Assembly (NCBI GenBank): GCA_012295275.1
Contig: CM022672.1
Coordinates: forward strand, 7,998,001-8,062,000
Length of the DNA: 64,000 nucleotides
Source of the DNA: Chrysomallon squamiferum
Lineage: Eukaryota; Animalia; Mollusca
Direction of reading: 5' to 3'
Part shown: in pieces, positions 1-14,883 of the stretch
How positions within the stretch are numbered: position 1 is the first letter of the stretch
How the letters are laid out: the number at the start of each line of letters is the position of its first letter
Position numbers and translations under genes: made by a program
Notes under the pieces: model-generated
What the model saw: the letters and a program-made list of their open reading frames with translations, nothing else
Database searches by the model: none
Told to the model about the DNA's origin: nothing

Positions 1-435
1 CTAATCTGTATTAATAAAAAAAGGTATGTTTTAATAATATAAAGAAAGAAATTGTTAATAAAAAACCAAAAAACACAAACCCCCCCCCAAAAAAACAATG
101 TGTTTTAATATAAAGAAGAGCATTATTAACAAAAGAAATGTATGTTTTAATAATATAATGAACAGAAATGTTAAATAAAAAATGTATGTTTTAATAATGC
201 AAAGAAGGGAAACGTTAATAAAGATGCATTTTTGATATAAAGAAAAGAATTATTAACAAAATAAATATATGTTTTAATAATATAAAGAAAGGAACGGTTA
301 GCAAAAAATGTATATTTTAATACTATAAAGAAGGGCACTGTTTATTCAAAATGTATATTTTAATAATACAAAGAAGGGCACTATTTATTCAAAATATATG
401 TTTTAATAATAGAAAGAAGGGAATGATTAATGAAA
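1..435. repeat. Degenerate AT-rich intronic minisatellite (~40-45 bp unit, about 10 copies)
   Basis: Recurrent unit like TGTATGTTTTAATAATATAAAGAAGGGAAA..TTAATAAA runs up to the prominin acceptor at 449. Confidence 0.75.
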
Positions 436-449
436 AGTATTGCTCATAG

Positions 450-2757
450 ATATTGACACTGTTGGTATGGGCTTCAAGGGTCTGGAAGATCTAATCACTA
501 ATCTCAAGTCAAAAACTGAACTGTTGAAGTCAGAGCTGTCAAAAGCTTTTGAAGGACTCATGCCACATTGTGGTGAAGGATGTCCTGTTACTTCTAATGA
601 TGTCGTTGTTGTTGTTGATCCTGAAAAAGTAAGTTGCAACCATGTATACAGTTCACTTTCATCATTTTAATTCTTGTCATCATCATTATTGACATCATCT
701 TCTTATGAACTTCATTACCATAATAAATAAAATCATCATCATGATCATTATGGTACTGCTAACCATCATCATTCTTGTCACTTTTTAGCATCATAGTAAT
801 TATATTCATCATAATCATTATTGTACTGATCACTGTTGTTGTCATCATCACTTATGAGATCAGTGTGATCTTAATCATGGTCTCAATAAAAATCATAAAA
901 TCATAAGTCATCATCATCATATTTCTCCTCTGACTATTTTGCACAGATTCATTATTCTCCATCTGTCATTACATTTTTTGTTTGTTTTTTGTTTTTTTTT
1001 TTACATGTTTGTGACTACAAAAACACAATTTATTTATTTCTTTTATTTTTTTATTTTTTTCAGTTGCCAAATGTTAGATTTCGGCTGAATAAAATTCGGA
1101 ATAAAATTACAAACAAGTTGATTGACAGAGTAAGTTGAAGCAAGAAGAACAAAATTACTTTAAAAAATGATAATTCTATTATTATTACCTCTGTTGTTAT
1201 TATTGTTATTATTATTATTATTATTATTATGTGTTTATCCTTTTTCTCTTCCTCCTCTTCATCATCATCATCATCAACATCAGCACATCATGTGAAGTAG
1301 ATTTTAATAGGCTCTTAACAAAAAGTTCTGCCATTTAAAACCCTAAAATACATGTTTACTTTCTGCATTGGTTGTTTACTTTCATGAATCCATTTTGTTC
1401 TGTTTCTAAGAAAATAATTTGTTTGTTTTTCAAAATTAATATGATTTATTTTCCGTAAGTGATACAAATATATATATGAAGGCATAATGAAAGTAATCAT
1501 AAAATAACATTTGTCAGTTGTTTTGCAGACACTAAAAGAATACTACACAATTCCACAGAAAGTTGAAAACTCTGCCAAAGATTACATTGAAGGTTTTTTT
1601 TTTTTTAACATTTAATAAATAAATAAACAAAGATAAAGACAATAAAATAAGGAATGTAAACAAAAAAAGGAAAAGAAAAGACTAGAAAAGAAGAAGGAAA
1701 AGGAAAACAGAAGAAAGAACACCCATGAAAATCAAAAAAAAAAAAAAAAAAAAACGATATATATATATATATAAGAAAGCCATTGTCCTTTTGTTAAAAG
1801 ATATTAAAAATGACATATCTCTTTACAGAGATAATTGAAATTTAAAAAAAAAGACAAAAACAAAGACAAGAACAAAAAAGAAAAACAAATTTTATTTACT
1901 GTTCAGCATACGATATCAACACATGCATGTTCAGATACATTCAATTATTTTACATTCAGAGAGGCACATCTATCTGTGTCTGAACATGTCTGTATATAAA
2001 TATGTATGTTTCAGAGCTGAAAGTCCGGTTTGAAGACTACATCAGTATGACAGAGGGTATTGCAGAAATAGCACACTTTTTTAAAGACAATGTAAGTTTT
2101 GTGTGGTTGTTATTTTAGAAAGAAAATCTCACTGGCTTGCTTTTGATCTCTTTGTTAAAAGTACAGTGCTTTTTTCCAGGCTGTTGTCAGAGTTAGGTGA
2201 AAAATTAATTAATAATAATGTAAATAAAAAAGAAAAATAATAATAAAAAAAAAAAAATAAAAAATAAAAATAAAACAAGAACATTATTTGACATAACGTT
2301 AACTGACAATTTAGTGCCTTTGTTTATTTTTTTTATACATGTAAATCCTGAAGCAAAGTTTTCTGTAAACTTTCCTAATTTCAGTGACAACCTTTTCTTT
2401 GAATGTTATTAGTAAAATCTAATCATGCACCGTTGATGAATTAATTATTAAATAATGTAGTTCTGTTGTTGTTATATTTTTTTGTAGGCTCTAAAAAATC
2501 TGGATCTTACATCAGCTGAGAATTTTACAAGGCGGAATACTAAGAAATGGATGACATACGAATCAGCAAGGTAATGATAAAAAAAAAATTAAAAACTAAA
2601 TATTATTAGTTGTTATAAAAATGCCAACTACAGTAAATAAAATTTAGATCTCACAAACAACGATAACAAAAGGAAGTTAATAATAAAAGAAGAAAGAAAT
2701 ATGAAAAGAAATTAATAAGGTTGAAAAGTATTAAATTATAATGCAAACCAATAAAAA

Positions 2758-2823
<66 letters not shown>

Positions 2824-3576
2824 AAGAAATGAAATAAACAAGAATATTATTTCTGAATATCTAGGAATGTAGGCATTAATGCTGTGTTTTATTTGTGTGT
2901 AGGTGGTATATAGGAATATCCATATTATTGCTGTTTTATTTGTATGTAGGTGGTATATAGGAATATCAGTATTATTGCTGTTTTATTTGTGTGTAGGTTG
3001 TATATAGGAATATCAGTATTATTGCTGTTTTATTTGTGTGTAGGTGGTATATAGGAATATCCATATTATTGCTGTTTTATTTGTGTGTAGGTGATATATA
3101 GGAATATCAGTATTATTGCTGTTTTATTTGTGTGTAGGTGATATATAGGAATATCAGTATTATTGCTCTTTTTTTGATATATAGGAATATCAGTATTATT
3201 GCTGTTTTATTTGTGTGTAGGTTGTATATAGGAATATCAGTATTATTGCTGTGTTTTATTTGTGTGTAGGTGGTATATAGGAATATTACAGTCGACACTA
3301 ATCAGTCTGCTTGTGTTCTTGCTGATGACTGGAACAATCTGTGGACTAGCTGGAAGTTCTCGTTACACTCTTCCTATTCATCGAAGCTCTTTGTCCAATA
3401 CAGCTGGAAACATGCTCATTGTGTGAGTCCATGTTGAATATAGCAGAAGATTTAAAAAGAAAGGCAGTATGATATAACGTGTGTGTGAGTGCTTGAGAGG
3501 CAGAGTGAATAAATAAGAGAGAATCATGATGAGAAGGGATAGAGAAAGGTGTGGTGTGTTTATGTGTGTGTGTATG

Positions 3577-3636
<60 letters not shown>

Positions 3637-6461
3637 ATTGTTGCATTATCATATTCTGGATGGTAGTGTGTGTGTATCTGTGTGTGTGTGTGTGTGTGTG
3701 TGTTCATTTATTAGATTAATTTAGTTGATACAAATGTAATATATGTCATGTAAATGCAGTACCTGTGTTTTTCAGTGGATCTTTTTACATATCAATACTT
3801 GTTTGTCCACTGATGGCAATGACAATGGGTGCCTTTGGGTTTGGAGCTCCACTGGAGAAATTCTTTTGTCAACCATTGAAAGATCCAGAATTAATTGTGA
3901 TCTCACGGGTTAGTACTTGTATAACTGATACTGTAGTGACAAAGGTTGGTATTTGTATCTTTGATAACTGTTTTGACTGGATTTGGTATTTTTATTTTTG
4001 ATAACTTCAGTGACAAAATATGGTATTTATATCTTTGAACCTGTAGTGACAAGGACTGGTATTTGTGTCTTTGATAAATGTAATGACTAGGGTTAGTAAT
4101 TTTATTTTTGATAACTGAAGTATCAAGGTTGGAATTTGTATCTTTGAAACTATAGTGACTGATGTTGGTATTTTTGTTAACTTTAGTGTCAAGGTTGGGT
4201 ATTTGTATCTTTTATAGCTGAAGTGACTATAGCTGGTATATTTTTATTTTTGATAATTTCAGTGACAAAAGATTTTATTTTTATTTTTATAACTTACTGA
4301 GAAAGATTGTTATTAATGTCAAGTGTTAGTGAGCAAGCCCTGATGTAACAAGTGAATTTTGCCCAAGACTAACTTAAATACTACATCAGTCTTAGTGTAT
4401 CATATTTCCAACCTGACTGCAAGCTGTGTAGTTGTTGGAAAGAGAGACATATTGGAAAATGTAATGATTGTGTCACTGAATAAACAATTTCTTCTGTCTT
4501 TGTCACCATTAATATTAAAATATTTATTTTGTGTTTTCGTTTGACTTTCCTCTCTCTTTCAGCTAGTTGATGAGATGGGTGTGATTAATGATAAGAGTAA
4601 TGGGTCTCTCCTGGGCAAAATTATTTTTGATGATGAAACAGTGGATTTAGACATTAATGATATTATGAGGTTAGTTCTTACCTTCTGTATCTTCTTGCTG
4701 TAATTTTATATATGTATATATGTAGCCATATAATTTCTGTTTTGAAATAGCAGATTAATAGTTTCTCTGGTGAAATATGGTTTGCATTTAGCTGTATATA
4801 CAACCAGTTTTCTGTTTTATTTGTTCTTTATTACCATTCTTCATTAGTAATGAAATATGACAGTTTTATTTCATTGTAACATAATCAATGTAAAGAAAAA
4901 AAAACCCAAAAAACCTTAAATGTTATTCAGTTTATACAGGATTTATATATATTAAAAAAAACCAAAAAGACAAAACAATTAGAAACTTGTATTACATGAA
5001 AAGTAAAATTTTTGTGTAGTTTTTATTTATTCATTATTACATTAGATATAATCTACTTATCCTTGCAAGTCTGCCTGTTTTATCTCTGTCTCGTTTCCAA
5101 ATATTCACTCTTTCATTCATTGTACCTTCCGTCTCTCTGTCATTCTATTCATGCATGCATCTGTCCATACCTTTATTTTTGTTTTATACATGCATTGACC
5201 CATCCATGCATCTGTTCATCCCTACATTGTTTTTGTATTGATTCATCTTTCCATCAGTACATTCTTTTATTCATCCACTCACACATCCATGCCTGTTCAT
5301 GTTTGACTTTCATTCTTCCTTCCATCTGTCATTCATCCATCGATCCATCTGTTGGTTTATATATTTATTCTTCCACCCATCGGTATGTCCATCCATCCAT
5401 CCATCCACTGTGATAATGCTACAGAATATTTTGTTACAGAGACTGCAAGGATGGGAAGAGTGCTTTCCAGGCTTTCAGGTTGTATTATCACAAGAAGTAT
5501 AAACTTGACAGACTGACAAATTTCAATGTTGTGAGTGAAATAATGAGTCTTACAGTATCTCGTTTTGTTAACAAATAGAAAATACATAAAGCAAAATGAT
5601 CACTTTGTAATTGATCTGAATATGAAAACAACATACAAAATAAATAAATAAATAAATAAATAAACTCTCGTTTATTTCAAAAGTTTGTTAATGGAATCAT
5701 TTTGAAAATTTAAGCAAATTTGCATTTCAAATGTGCCTTTTAATAATGGATTAAATAATTAAAATTTCATTGTTACAACACTGAACTTACTGCTATAATT
5801 TTGTTGCAGATAATGAATTCGTTTTTACAGTTTTCTTGTAGACTGAATACATTGCCAAAACTTTATTGTAGACTTAATTCATTATTAGAACTTTGTTACA
5901 GAACTCATGGTGATGAGTTTGTTTTTTGTAGTCTGTGAATTTTTCGGGGGTTTTAGAAGATATAAGCACAGAAGTTAATCTGGATAACATTAATTTATTT
6001 CCTGATGAACTGAAAAATGAATTCAATGACATAAAATTGGCAACAAAAGATTTCGACGATGCTCCGTATAAAGATGAGGTTAGTTTTCACATTGCATTAT
6101 GTGTTGTAGAATTATACGGTATGATGAAGAATGAAACAACAGTTTTACACTTTTAAACGAGTCTTTGGCTAATGAAGAATAAAAACCTGTTTTAGAATTA
6201 TTTTTATAATCAGTGGAAATGAGGGCTGTATTTTAATGATACAGTGCTAGTCTGACCAAATGAACAATGTAATTCAAGCTTCATCTGTTCATTGACAGGG
6301 GCTGGTTCCTGCTGGAGTTACTGGAGACTATGTGGAAATATATAACATCTTTTATACAGTGTACAAAGATATCTTATGCTAGTCCATAAGAGAAGACTAT
6401 ATGTGTGTCTACGTATGTATGTGTGTGTGTGTATGTCAGTGTGTGTTGTTGTGCTAGAGTC

Positions 6462-6492
<31 letters not shown>

Positions 6493-9400
6493 GTGTGCAT
6501 ATGTCTGTGAATGTGTGTGTGTGTGTGTTTTAAAATAATTATTTCTTAGCTTTTCTGTCTATGGTTTGGTGATTATCAAAAGATCTCTTGTTGCTAATGA
6601 CTGAAACACAAACTATATTAAATGTCTTGGTCACAGAATAGAGACATTCACAGCTAACAATAACAGAAAATTTGCTAAAACGTTGATGTAAAATTTATTG
6701 TAAACTTTAACTCAAAGTGAATTAAATAGAAATGTTTTAATTGTTATTGTGTTTATGCTGAGAACAAAGTAATGTTGTATATTACAGAATTTATTTTAAT
6801 ATACCAAGTTACATTTGCTTTTGTTGTTTTGTTTGGTTTTGTTTAGATGAAAAAACCAGCAACAAGGACAAACCTGGATACGGTGATCACGAAGTTAAAA
6901 CAGCAACAAGCTACAATAAGTGATAACCCCAAAAAGGTAAACATATTTAATTTAAAACAATTTTCTCTTATTCATTAGAAAATCAGTATTCACATTTGTT
7001 ATACATAGAAGAAGAAGAAGAAGAAGAAGAAGAAGAAGAAAAAAATAGTATCTATTGGATATGAATTACAAAAAAGATGAACATAAAAAGAAATCAACTG
7101 CACATTTCAATAATGAAATATATTTTTTCTCACTGCTTTAAGACAACTGCATTCAACCCAAATGTGTTGGTGCACAGTTAGTGGTCACACTCTGTATAAG
7201 ACTGTTCTTCAGAATTAGTGTGTGATGGATACAAGCTTGTTATAAAAGAAATTTAATCAGGGTTTTTTCTAGTGATGTTGTTAAATAAATGTTTGTTATC
7301 CACTGAATAATGTTAGAAAAATAATGACTGTATTTTCGTGATGTTAAATAAATTGTTTTTTTTTTAATTCACTTAATGATAAATAATAATCAGTGACAAC
7401 AAGGGATGTTGTTAAACAAATGTTTATCAGTAAATGATTTTAGAAAATTAATCAGTGTGTACTTGTATCATCCAAAAAAAAAAACACACAAAAAAACATT
7501 TGTTTTATGATAGTGGTTGACAGAAAGTCAATATGCTACAGTTATGTGCTTTTTGTTCAAACAAACAAGTGCAGAAAATAAAGAATGCAGTACTGTGGTG
7601 TTGTTAAAACAAGTGTTTGACATCAAATACCTGATAGCATAAATAAAATACACAGTTTTTGTGGTATTGCAGACACAACTGCAGAGAGGTATTTCTCATC
7701 TTGAAAGTATAAAAGAAGGTCCTTGGCTTACAGTTCAGAACCTTCAGGTATCAGTTTTAAATTCATGTTAAACATGCTAAGTTTCTCACAAAAATGAATA
7801 AAATTATTAAAATGCTGTTTTTCTAATGTTGATATTGACTTAAGTAAGTTGGATGATTTTCAGTTTTTAACATGTTTTCATCTTTTCTTTACAAATTCTA
7901 ATTTAATAATAATGATAATAATGATAACAATACTAATGATAATAATAATAATGATAATAATAGTAATAATAGTTGTAGTAGTAGTAGTAGTAGTAGTAAT
8001 AATAATAATAATAATAATAGTCATAATAATGATGATGATGATGGTGATGATGATGATGATGACTGTTGCCATCAAAATGAAATGACTAACACAAAATAAT
8101 ACAGATTTACAGAGTGGAATAAAATACTGAATATGATATAATTTCTTTCTTTTTCATGTTCACAGAAAAATATTATTGACTTGTCAAAAAATTTAAAAAA
8201 TGTTTGTAAAAATATGCCTGTAAGTATGTTTATAATAGTTTGTAATGAACACAAGCTAATCAGAAAGTTCTGGTTGAAATATAAAATAACCCGAGAGACT
8301 TTTTTTTTATTACAAGATACCAGGTCTCAGAAATTTGCTCTAACCCAGTGCTGCCCAACCTTTTCCGAACATGGGCCAGATTTAAGAAAAAACGATGCCA
8401 GTGGGCCAGACTCACATTTCTAGCCTTTCATTTTTTAATACAACTACTTTGTGATATTTCACTTTTTATCAATTTTTTCAATGTCAGCAAACACATTATA
8501 TTTAGACCTAACGCTACTCCATTCTTCAAACTGAAAACTATTGATTAGTAGCCAGTCATCATCGAAGAAAAATAACAGTAGTAAGCGTCTGCGTTAATGT
8601 TAAGGAATAAACTGAAGACCGACTAGTGGGTCTGATTCTAAGGCTTCGTGGGCCAGATGTTGGGCAGCACTGCTCTAACCACTGGACTACAGACATTTGA
8701 ATTAACACAGTAAAAATTAAAAATTTTTAAAAATTTAAAAAATCTGTATTTTCTAATTTTATATTCAACTGTATATCTGCTGCTCACAAAATGAATGGCA
8801 GTGAAACATTAATTTTTTACACTTGTTTATTTTGTTGTTGTTAGAGTCATGTGCTAATGGTATGTACTAACAAACTGAACCATCGTGAAATGTAAAGAAA
8901 AATTGGAAGTTCATTAACTCCTGATTCTCAGCCATTGATATCACATCACAGAACAACATTCCTGTCTTGCTTTTGTAATCATCTCTCCCAAACAATTAAA
9001 TTTTAACCTCACTATACTTTGATTTTGCCGAAATTTTATCAAATCTAAACTACACAGGAAATTACAGCAAAATCGAAGATGATGAGGTTAAACCCATTGG
9101 GTGATTTCACACAGAATGATTCAACAATTACTTGGTGAATTGCATAAACATGAAGTGTATTGTATTAAAGTAAGAATTAGATATATTTAATAAGTTCTCT
9201 TTCAACTTACAGTCAAAGGCTGATAATGTTACAAGAAGATTGAAAAAATCTTCATCAGTACTGAAAAGACAATATAAATCAACTTTGAAAAAGGTGGGTA
9301 TTATTTTCAGTGTCATCTTTAGTCAGATTAGTAATAGCAACAGCAGCAGCAGTAGTAGTAGTAATAGTAGCCATGGTAGTTGTCGTAGAAGTAGTAGCAG

Positions 9401-10164
9401 TAGTGTAGCAGTAGTAGTAGTAGTATCAATAGTAGTTCTAGTAAAAATAACATTTTAAAATCAACTGCTGGGTCTATGTAACTTTCTCACTCAGTGACTA
9501 TTTGCTTAGTGATTTGTTACTAATAGTTATTATCAAACATGAGGAAGGAATGCACAGCAGACACAATGTTAACAATTAGCAGAAAAATTATATTTTATAA
9601 TCAGTTTCCTATTTCGAGGGAAACACATAATATAACCCAGTCACTAGACATTAAAAATAGGAACTTCCAACAGTACTTGTGTAGTCTGTGTATTACTAGA
9701 AATAATTTTAAAAAATCAACCTCTTTTTTACTTCACAGTATTTATAAACAGCTACGTGAAAGGAGGAAATGTTTTATTCTACAATGTTCAATACATTTTT
9801 AGTTTGTTGTTTGGTGTCAAACCTATGGTAAAGGATCATACAGCATGTAATGTTTGTTTTAGCATGTATTTGTTTGTTTATTCTCCCTTCTGTCTGTCAT
9901 GTGATATTGTGTAGTCCATGCAGTAGTGATCTGCTTGTTTTGCTTACAGGCAAATTTAAAGTATATAAGGAGACTGGAGCAGGAGACTCTGTCCTTTGTT
10001 GGATTCACAGAGGATGCAGTAAGAATTGTTTTTTCATCAGCATTACTAGTGATTGTTTTCTTTTCTTTGTTAAATTCTACCTGTGGTGATGCTAACAAAT
10101 AAAATAAAATAAATAAATAACAATAATAAATAAATAAATAAAATATAGATAGTAAAAACAACAT

Positions 10165-10199
<35 letters not shown>

Positions 10200-10831
10200 A
10201 AAAAAATGTGAAACAAATAAAATAAATAAACAACAAAGAAAAGAAAAAGCCGACTTCCAGAGGTTATTTTATTAGCTAATATTAAAGAAAGATAACTGAA
10301 AGGCCCTTTTTTTGTTTTTTTAGATGATCAATCAAGTAGGGAAATGTTCAGTAATCTACAACATTCTTCATGGTGTCCTCATCAATGGATTCTGCAATTA
10401 TAGTATCAATGCTTTGGTATGATTCTGTCAACTTCTCAGCTTCAGTATAATGTGAAGTTTAGACTGGTAGCAAGAGCAAATCGTCATTCTTTAATTTTTT
10501 TTTTAATTATTGTAATTATTTATGTTTTCACAGACTTATTATAAAAAAACTGTTATTGTTACACATTTACTCTAATATTATTTGGATAAAAATAAAAGCA
10601 TAAATACAATCAAATGTTAATCAGTTTTTACATTTATTATATTAAATGACACACATTTTTAAAATGTCACTAAAGTCTGAATAAATGCATTTCTTTTTAG
10701 ATATTCTTGCCATAATCTGTCTCTGTTTTCTTTTTGCCTTTTGTATGTCTGCCTCCCCATTCTGCCTTTTGTCTCCCTCCCTCAATCCTATTTATTTTTC
10801 TGTCCCTTTTCTTCTCTACCTCTTTTTCCAT

Positions 10832-10908
<77 letters not shown>

Positions 10909-11441
10909 CATTTGCAAAGGATCATTGAACAACTACATTCATGTCTTACAGAATGCCTTATGGTTCACTATTGGATGGTCAATATTTTTCTTCATCCCTG
11001 GACTGGTTCTCAGTGTTAAACTGTCAAAACATTTCAGAACTATGAAATACATGGACATCATGGATATCATTTTCCCAGGAGGTCAGTTTTCACTATCTTA
11101 ATGTTTTGAGCCACTCAGATTAGAGTAAAAGGATATATTTATTTGGTGATATGTATTGAAAATATATACTGTTGATATTATGTAAGTCTGTATTTAATGG
11201 TTGTAAAGACATTGTATATCTTCACTTGTAAACACACACACACAAAGATTGATATTAATATTTTTAACACAAACACACCTACCTTCTGTCTTCTGAAATT
11301 ACTTTATGGTAACATTAAACTGATTTATCTAAATCACTTTAGCTGTTTAGTTTTACAGAGAATTTGTGTACATGTTGCTGTCACTGGCTTTCACTTTCAG
11401 AGGAAGACCTCTCGGTATATTCTGGTTTAGGACACATATAG
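450..11441 (+). CDS. prom: Prominin family pentaspan membrane glycoprotein (5'-partial; TM3-TM5 and C-terminus)
   Basis: Phase-consistent GT-AG exons: 450-628, 1064-1129, 1529-1592, 2015-2091, 2488-2570, 3270-3422, 3776-3908, 4563-4669, 5440-5530, 5932-6078, 6847-6936, 7673-7747, 8166-8219, 9213-9293, 9950-10018, 10324-10416, 10952-11081, 11401-11441 (TAG). Prominin-type segments: RWYIGILQSTLISLLVFLLMTGTICGLAG..RSSLSNTAGNMLIV (TM3/loop), LEKFFCQPL (after TM4), VGKCSVIYN..FCNYSINAL, NALWFTIGWSIFFFIPGLVLSVKLSKHFR (TM5). Confidence 0.9.
2864..3286 (+). repeat. 47-bp minisatellite (~9 copies) containing the prominin TM3 exon splice acceptor
   Basis: Unit GTAGGTGGTATATAGGAATATCAGTATTATTGCTGTTTTATTTGTGT. 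The last copy supplies the acceptor (AG at 3268-3269) and the first codons of the exon. Confidence 0.9.
3909..4320 (+). repeat. Degenerate ~38-40 bp minisatellite starting at a prominin splice donor
   Basis: Repeated GTAGTGACAAAGGTTGGTATTTGTATCTTTGATAACT-like units begin right at donor GTTAGT (3909). Confidence 0.7.
8346..8672. mobile_element. Non-autonomous hAT-type (Charlie-like) MITE in a prominin intron
   Basis: Perfect 14-bp terminal inverted repeats CAGTGCTGCCCAAC...GTTGGGCAGCACTG, exact 8-bp target-site duplication CTCTAACC (8338-8345 and 8673-8680), and subterminal GGGCCAGA repeats. An 8-bp TSD with CAG termini is typical of hAT elements. Confidence 0.9.
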
Positions 11442-14400
11442 GAAGATTAGTTAAAACTGGAACAGTTGATATCTGTCAGATCTCTGCATTTTAATAACCT
11501 AAATGCTACATCTGTACACACCAGAAAATAGGATCTGAAAGACTAAAATAGACTAAAAAAACAACAACATTAGTATCATATATATTAAAAATCTTCGTGT
11601 GCCAAAACTTGTGACTTTGAAAGACTACCTCTAAGAGTTTGAATAAGCAGTGAAAAGTAATTTCGGAAAAAAAAAAAAAAAAAAAAAAAAAATGATTAAT
11701 AAAAAAAATTAAAAGCTAACACAAAACAAATAATAAAACTGGGAACACTTTTTTTTAGAAACAAGGTAAAACATTGAAACAAATTAAAAAAAGCATATCA
11801 AAGTATTGGGCAGTTATAACTGGATGTTTGATTGCCAAACTCGTTGCTTATCTTCTTTCTTTCTTCTGTGTGTGGCCAGTATTACAAGGAAAGTCGTGAT
11901 ATACAATTCTTAAAACTGAAAATTTTTGGAAATGCAAGTACATATAACATTTTACAAAACAAATTATTTACTTGTGCAAAATATTATTAAAATATATGCG
12001 TCTGTTTTTTGTTGTGTTTTTTTGTCACATTTAATTTAACATGAATTGTGAAATGTGTATTATTACGTTTTTAATACTGCAATTTAATTGATAGCAAAAC
12101 CTATAAATAATAATTAAAATAAAACTGAAAGAAACAAAATAAAACAACAGAAGAGACAACATTAAACAGTGTCTCTTCTACATTCATTTTATGTATCAAC
12201 ACGACCACTTCAATATCAATTCAAATCGATAACTTATAGATATTTAAAAAATAAAGTTGTTGACAAATTCTACCTAATATTAACGACCCATCATAATAAT
12301 AAAAGCAGTATGCAAGTCTGACCAGTGTGGTATAATAACCGGGTGCCTCCCTATCTGGAAAAATCTGAATGTCACATTTTCCTTTCCGGTCATCATGACA
12401 TGAAAACATCATTAAGATTAATCAAATTTATTTATTTATTTATTTATTTTATTGTTCAAAAGTTTAACCAAAATTTCGTGAAAAACGTGCGGGGAAAGCC
12501 TTTAGAAGAAATGATGACGTCATTAAACATATGTCGTTATCGTTGGTTCAGTATTTTGTTTTTATAGGAATGTGGACATGAACATTATTTTTTGTCAGGT
12601 TGGTAAGACAAACTCTTTTTGAAACAATTTTTTATTTCGAACTAATAATGTTGACTTATACTTTGTGACTATGTTTATTGAACAGATCTCCGCAAATATA
12701 AACTACAGTACCAGTACAAATAAATAAATAAATAAATAAAAGGTAATAAATTTACAAACCAAAACGTGTTACAACTGTTTTAAAAGAAGTCAGAAAACCA
12801 ACGTAAATACTAAATCACAATTATTCCTACCCATAATAATAATAATAATTATAAAAATAATAATAATAATAATAATAACAATAATAATAATAATAATCAT
12901 ATAGGTATGCCAGAATTAGGCCATGACGTCACACCATTTGGGTTTAAAAATGCTGTTAATAATTTATTCAGCCTTGCGCGTCAATGATTATCTTTGCGTT
13001 GTACTAAGAGAGCGAAGTTTTAGAAATGCACTGAGTGGAACACTCATGGCATTGTTCACACTCTGCCGAACATTTTCATCAAGTAGAACTGTCTAGAAAA
13101 ATTCTACGTCGGGGCATTTAATATTTGCTGTATGTACGTATAATAACAGTAAAATAAAATAGAGAAATAAAATAAAATAAAATAAAATAAAATAAAATAA
13201 AATAAATAAAAATAACATAAAATAAAATAAATAAATAAAAAGAAAACACATTTCAGGATTTGCATGATATATTCCGAAATAAGTAATATGTAAATACGTA
13301 TTAGATCAAATAAACAAATACATCGCCAAAAATTTGGAAGAAAAAAAAAATAATATATAGGTAAAAAGAAAAAAAGAAAAAAAGAAAACAAACTGAAACA
13401 AACAAAAAAATTAAAATATAACAGATCAACAACAAAAGACAAACCAAAAAACCCAAACACAAAAGTATATGAAACAAACCAAATATTTTTCCAAAAAATA
13501 AATAAAAAATAAAAAATAAAATAAAATAAAATAACGAACAAATAAATAAATTTATAAATAATTAAATGAAAACGAAAAAACAACAACCCAAACTAAAATA
13601 AAACCAAATATATCCAATAATCGCATTTATTAAAAAAAATGGAAAAAAAAAAGAAAAGAAAAAAATGTCCCTTTTTTGTTTTCTCTTCATTGCCTTGAGT
13701 GCTAAACTATGTCTAATATTTAACTGTAACTTGAATAAGAGCTCTACACTTTTGGTTTCGAACGATTTTCATACATATTTCCGTTATTTTTAGATTATTC
13801 GATTTTACTGACTTCAGCCAGATCAATTTTAATGATGTCAACCCAGTCTTAAGGTTTTTGTTCCAAAGAACCTCAGAATTTCAGCTGAAGGTAAGTATAA
13901 AAATCATTCTTTTTTAATGCCTCCAACAGCTTTTTAGTCATAGCGTTATATTAATTTTTAAAAAAGAAGAAAAATGCATAACTGACAAATATACTATTAC
14001 AGATGACTGAAATTAGTCTTCAATGAAACGATGATAAATACATGAATAATCTCAAAGCCGTAAAGCTACGTTTTCAAACCACATTTCTAGAGCACCCTCT
14101 ACGATAATCACGTGACCTTATTCCTGGGCTCTGACTGGTTTTATAAGGATGAATACCTGTTACAAAAATGCGCGTCCCCGTTATATCTGCTTTTAGCTAG
14201 GATTTCTTTTCTTATTTTCACAAATACGTATTTAACTCAAATTTGATGTTAAATATTTAATTTATTTGTAAAAATTCATATTAAAATTATGTTTTAAATA
14301 ATTTATTATTTCCAGATCAGACTGGCAGTCTCAAAGATGGGGATACTTAAATAACTGTTTTACAATGACGATGAGAAACTATGACAAAGACCTTTACATT

Positions 14401-14883
14401 TAATCATAAAGATAACATTTGCCATTATAGTCATGGGCCTAGGTGCATTCAGGAATTGAAAACATTATAGTTTCACTGCACCGATGCAGAGATACCTTTG
14501 AAAAATGGTTATGCCCTAAACAGACGTACGAAATTGATGCTAAACATTAAAAATTATCAGGTTAGGAATAATATATTATAAAAGATAAAAAACAAAAAAA
14601 CAAAAACAAAAACAAAACAAAAAACAGACAAAAATAAAAAGAAAAAAACAGACAAAAATAAAAAGAAAAAAACATACAAAAAACCCCCAAAAACAATTAC
14701 AACAAAAACAACACCGAACACAAATATACAAAAACAAAAACAAAAAAAAAACAAACAAAACAACAAAAAACAAGCAAAAAACAATCAAAAACATTCAACA
14801 TTTGTCACGATCCGAAAACAACAGGATTCACGTCCAAGATCGTACAGAAGATACGTCATAAAAACAAAAAGTGAGGTAACATA

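Noticed and set aside
7849-8085. Poly-I/V/M, poly-Y, poly-L and SLSL ORFs here and elsewhere (e.g. 10685-11101 5' part, 13104-13586, 37486-37824, 46063-46521, 51537-51962)
   Set aside because: These are translations of (AAT)n, (CT)n and similar microsatellites in introns, not proteins.
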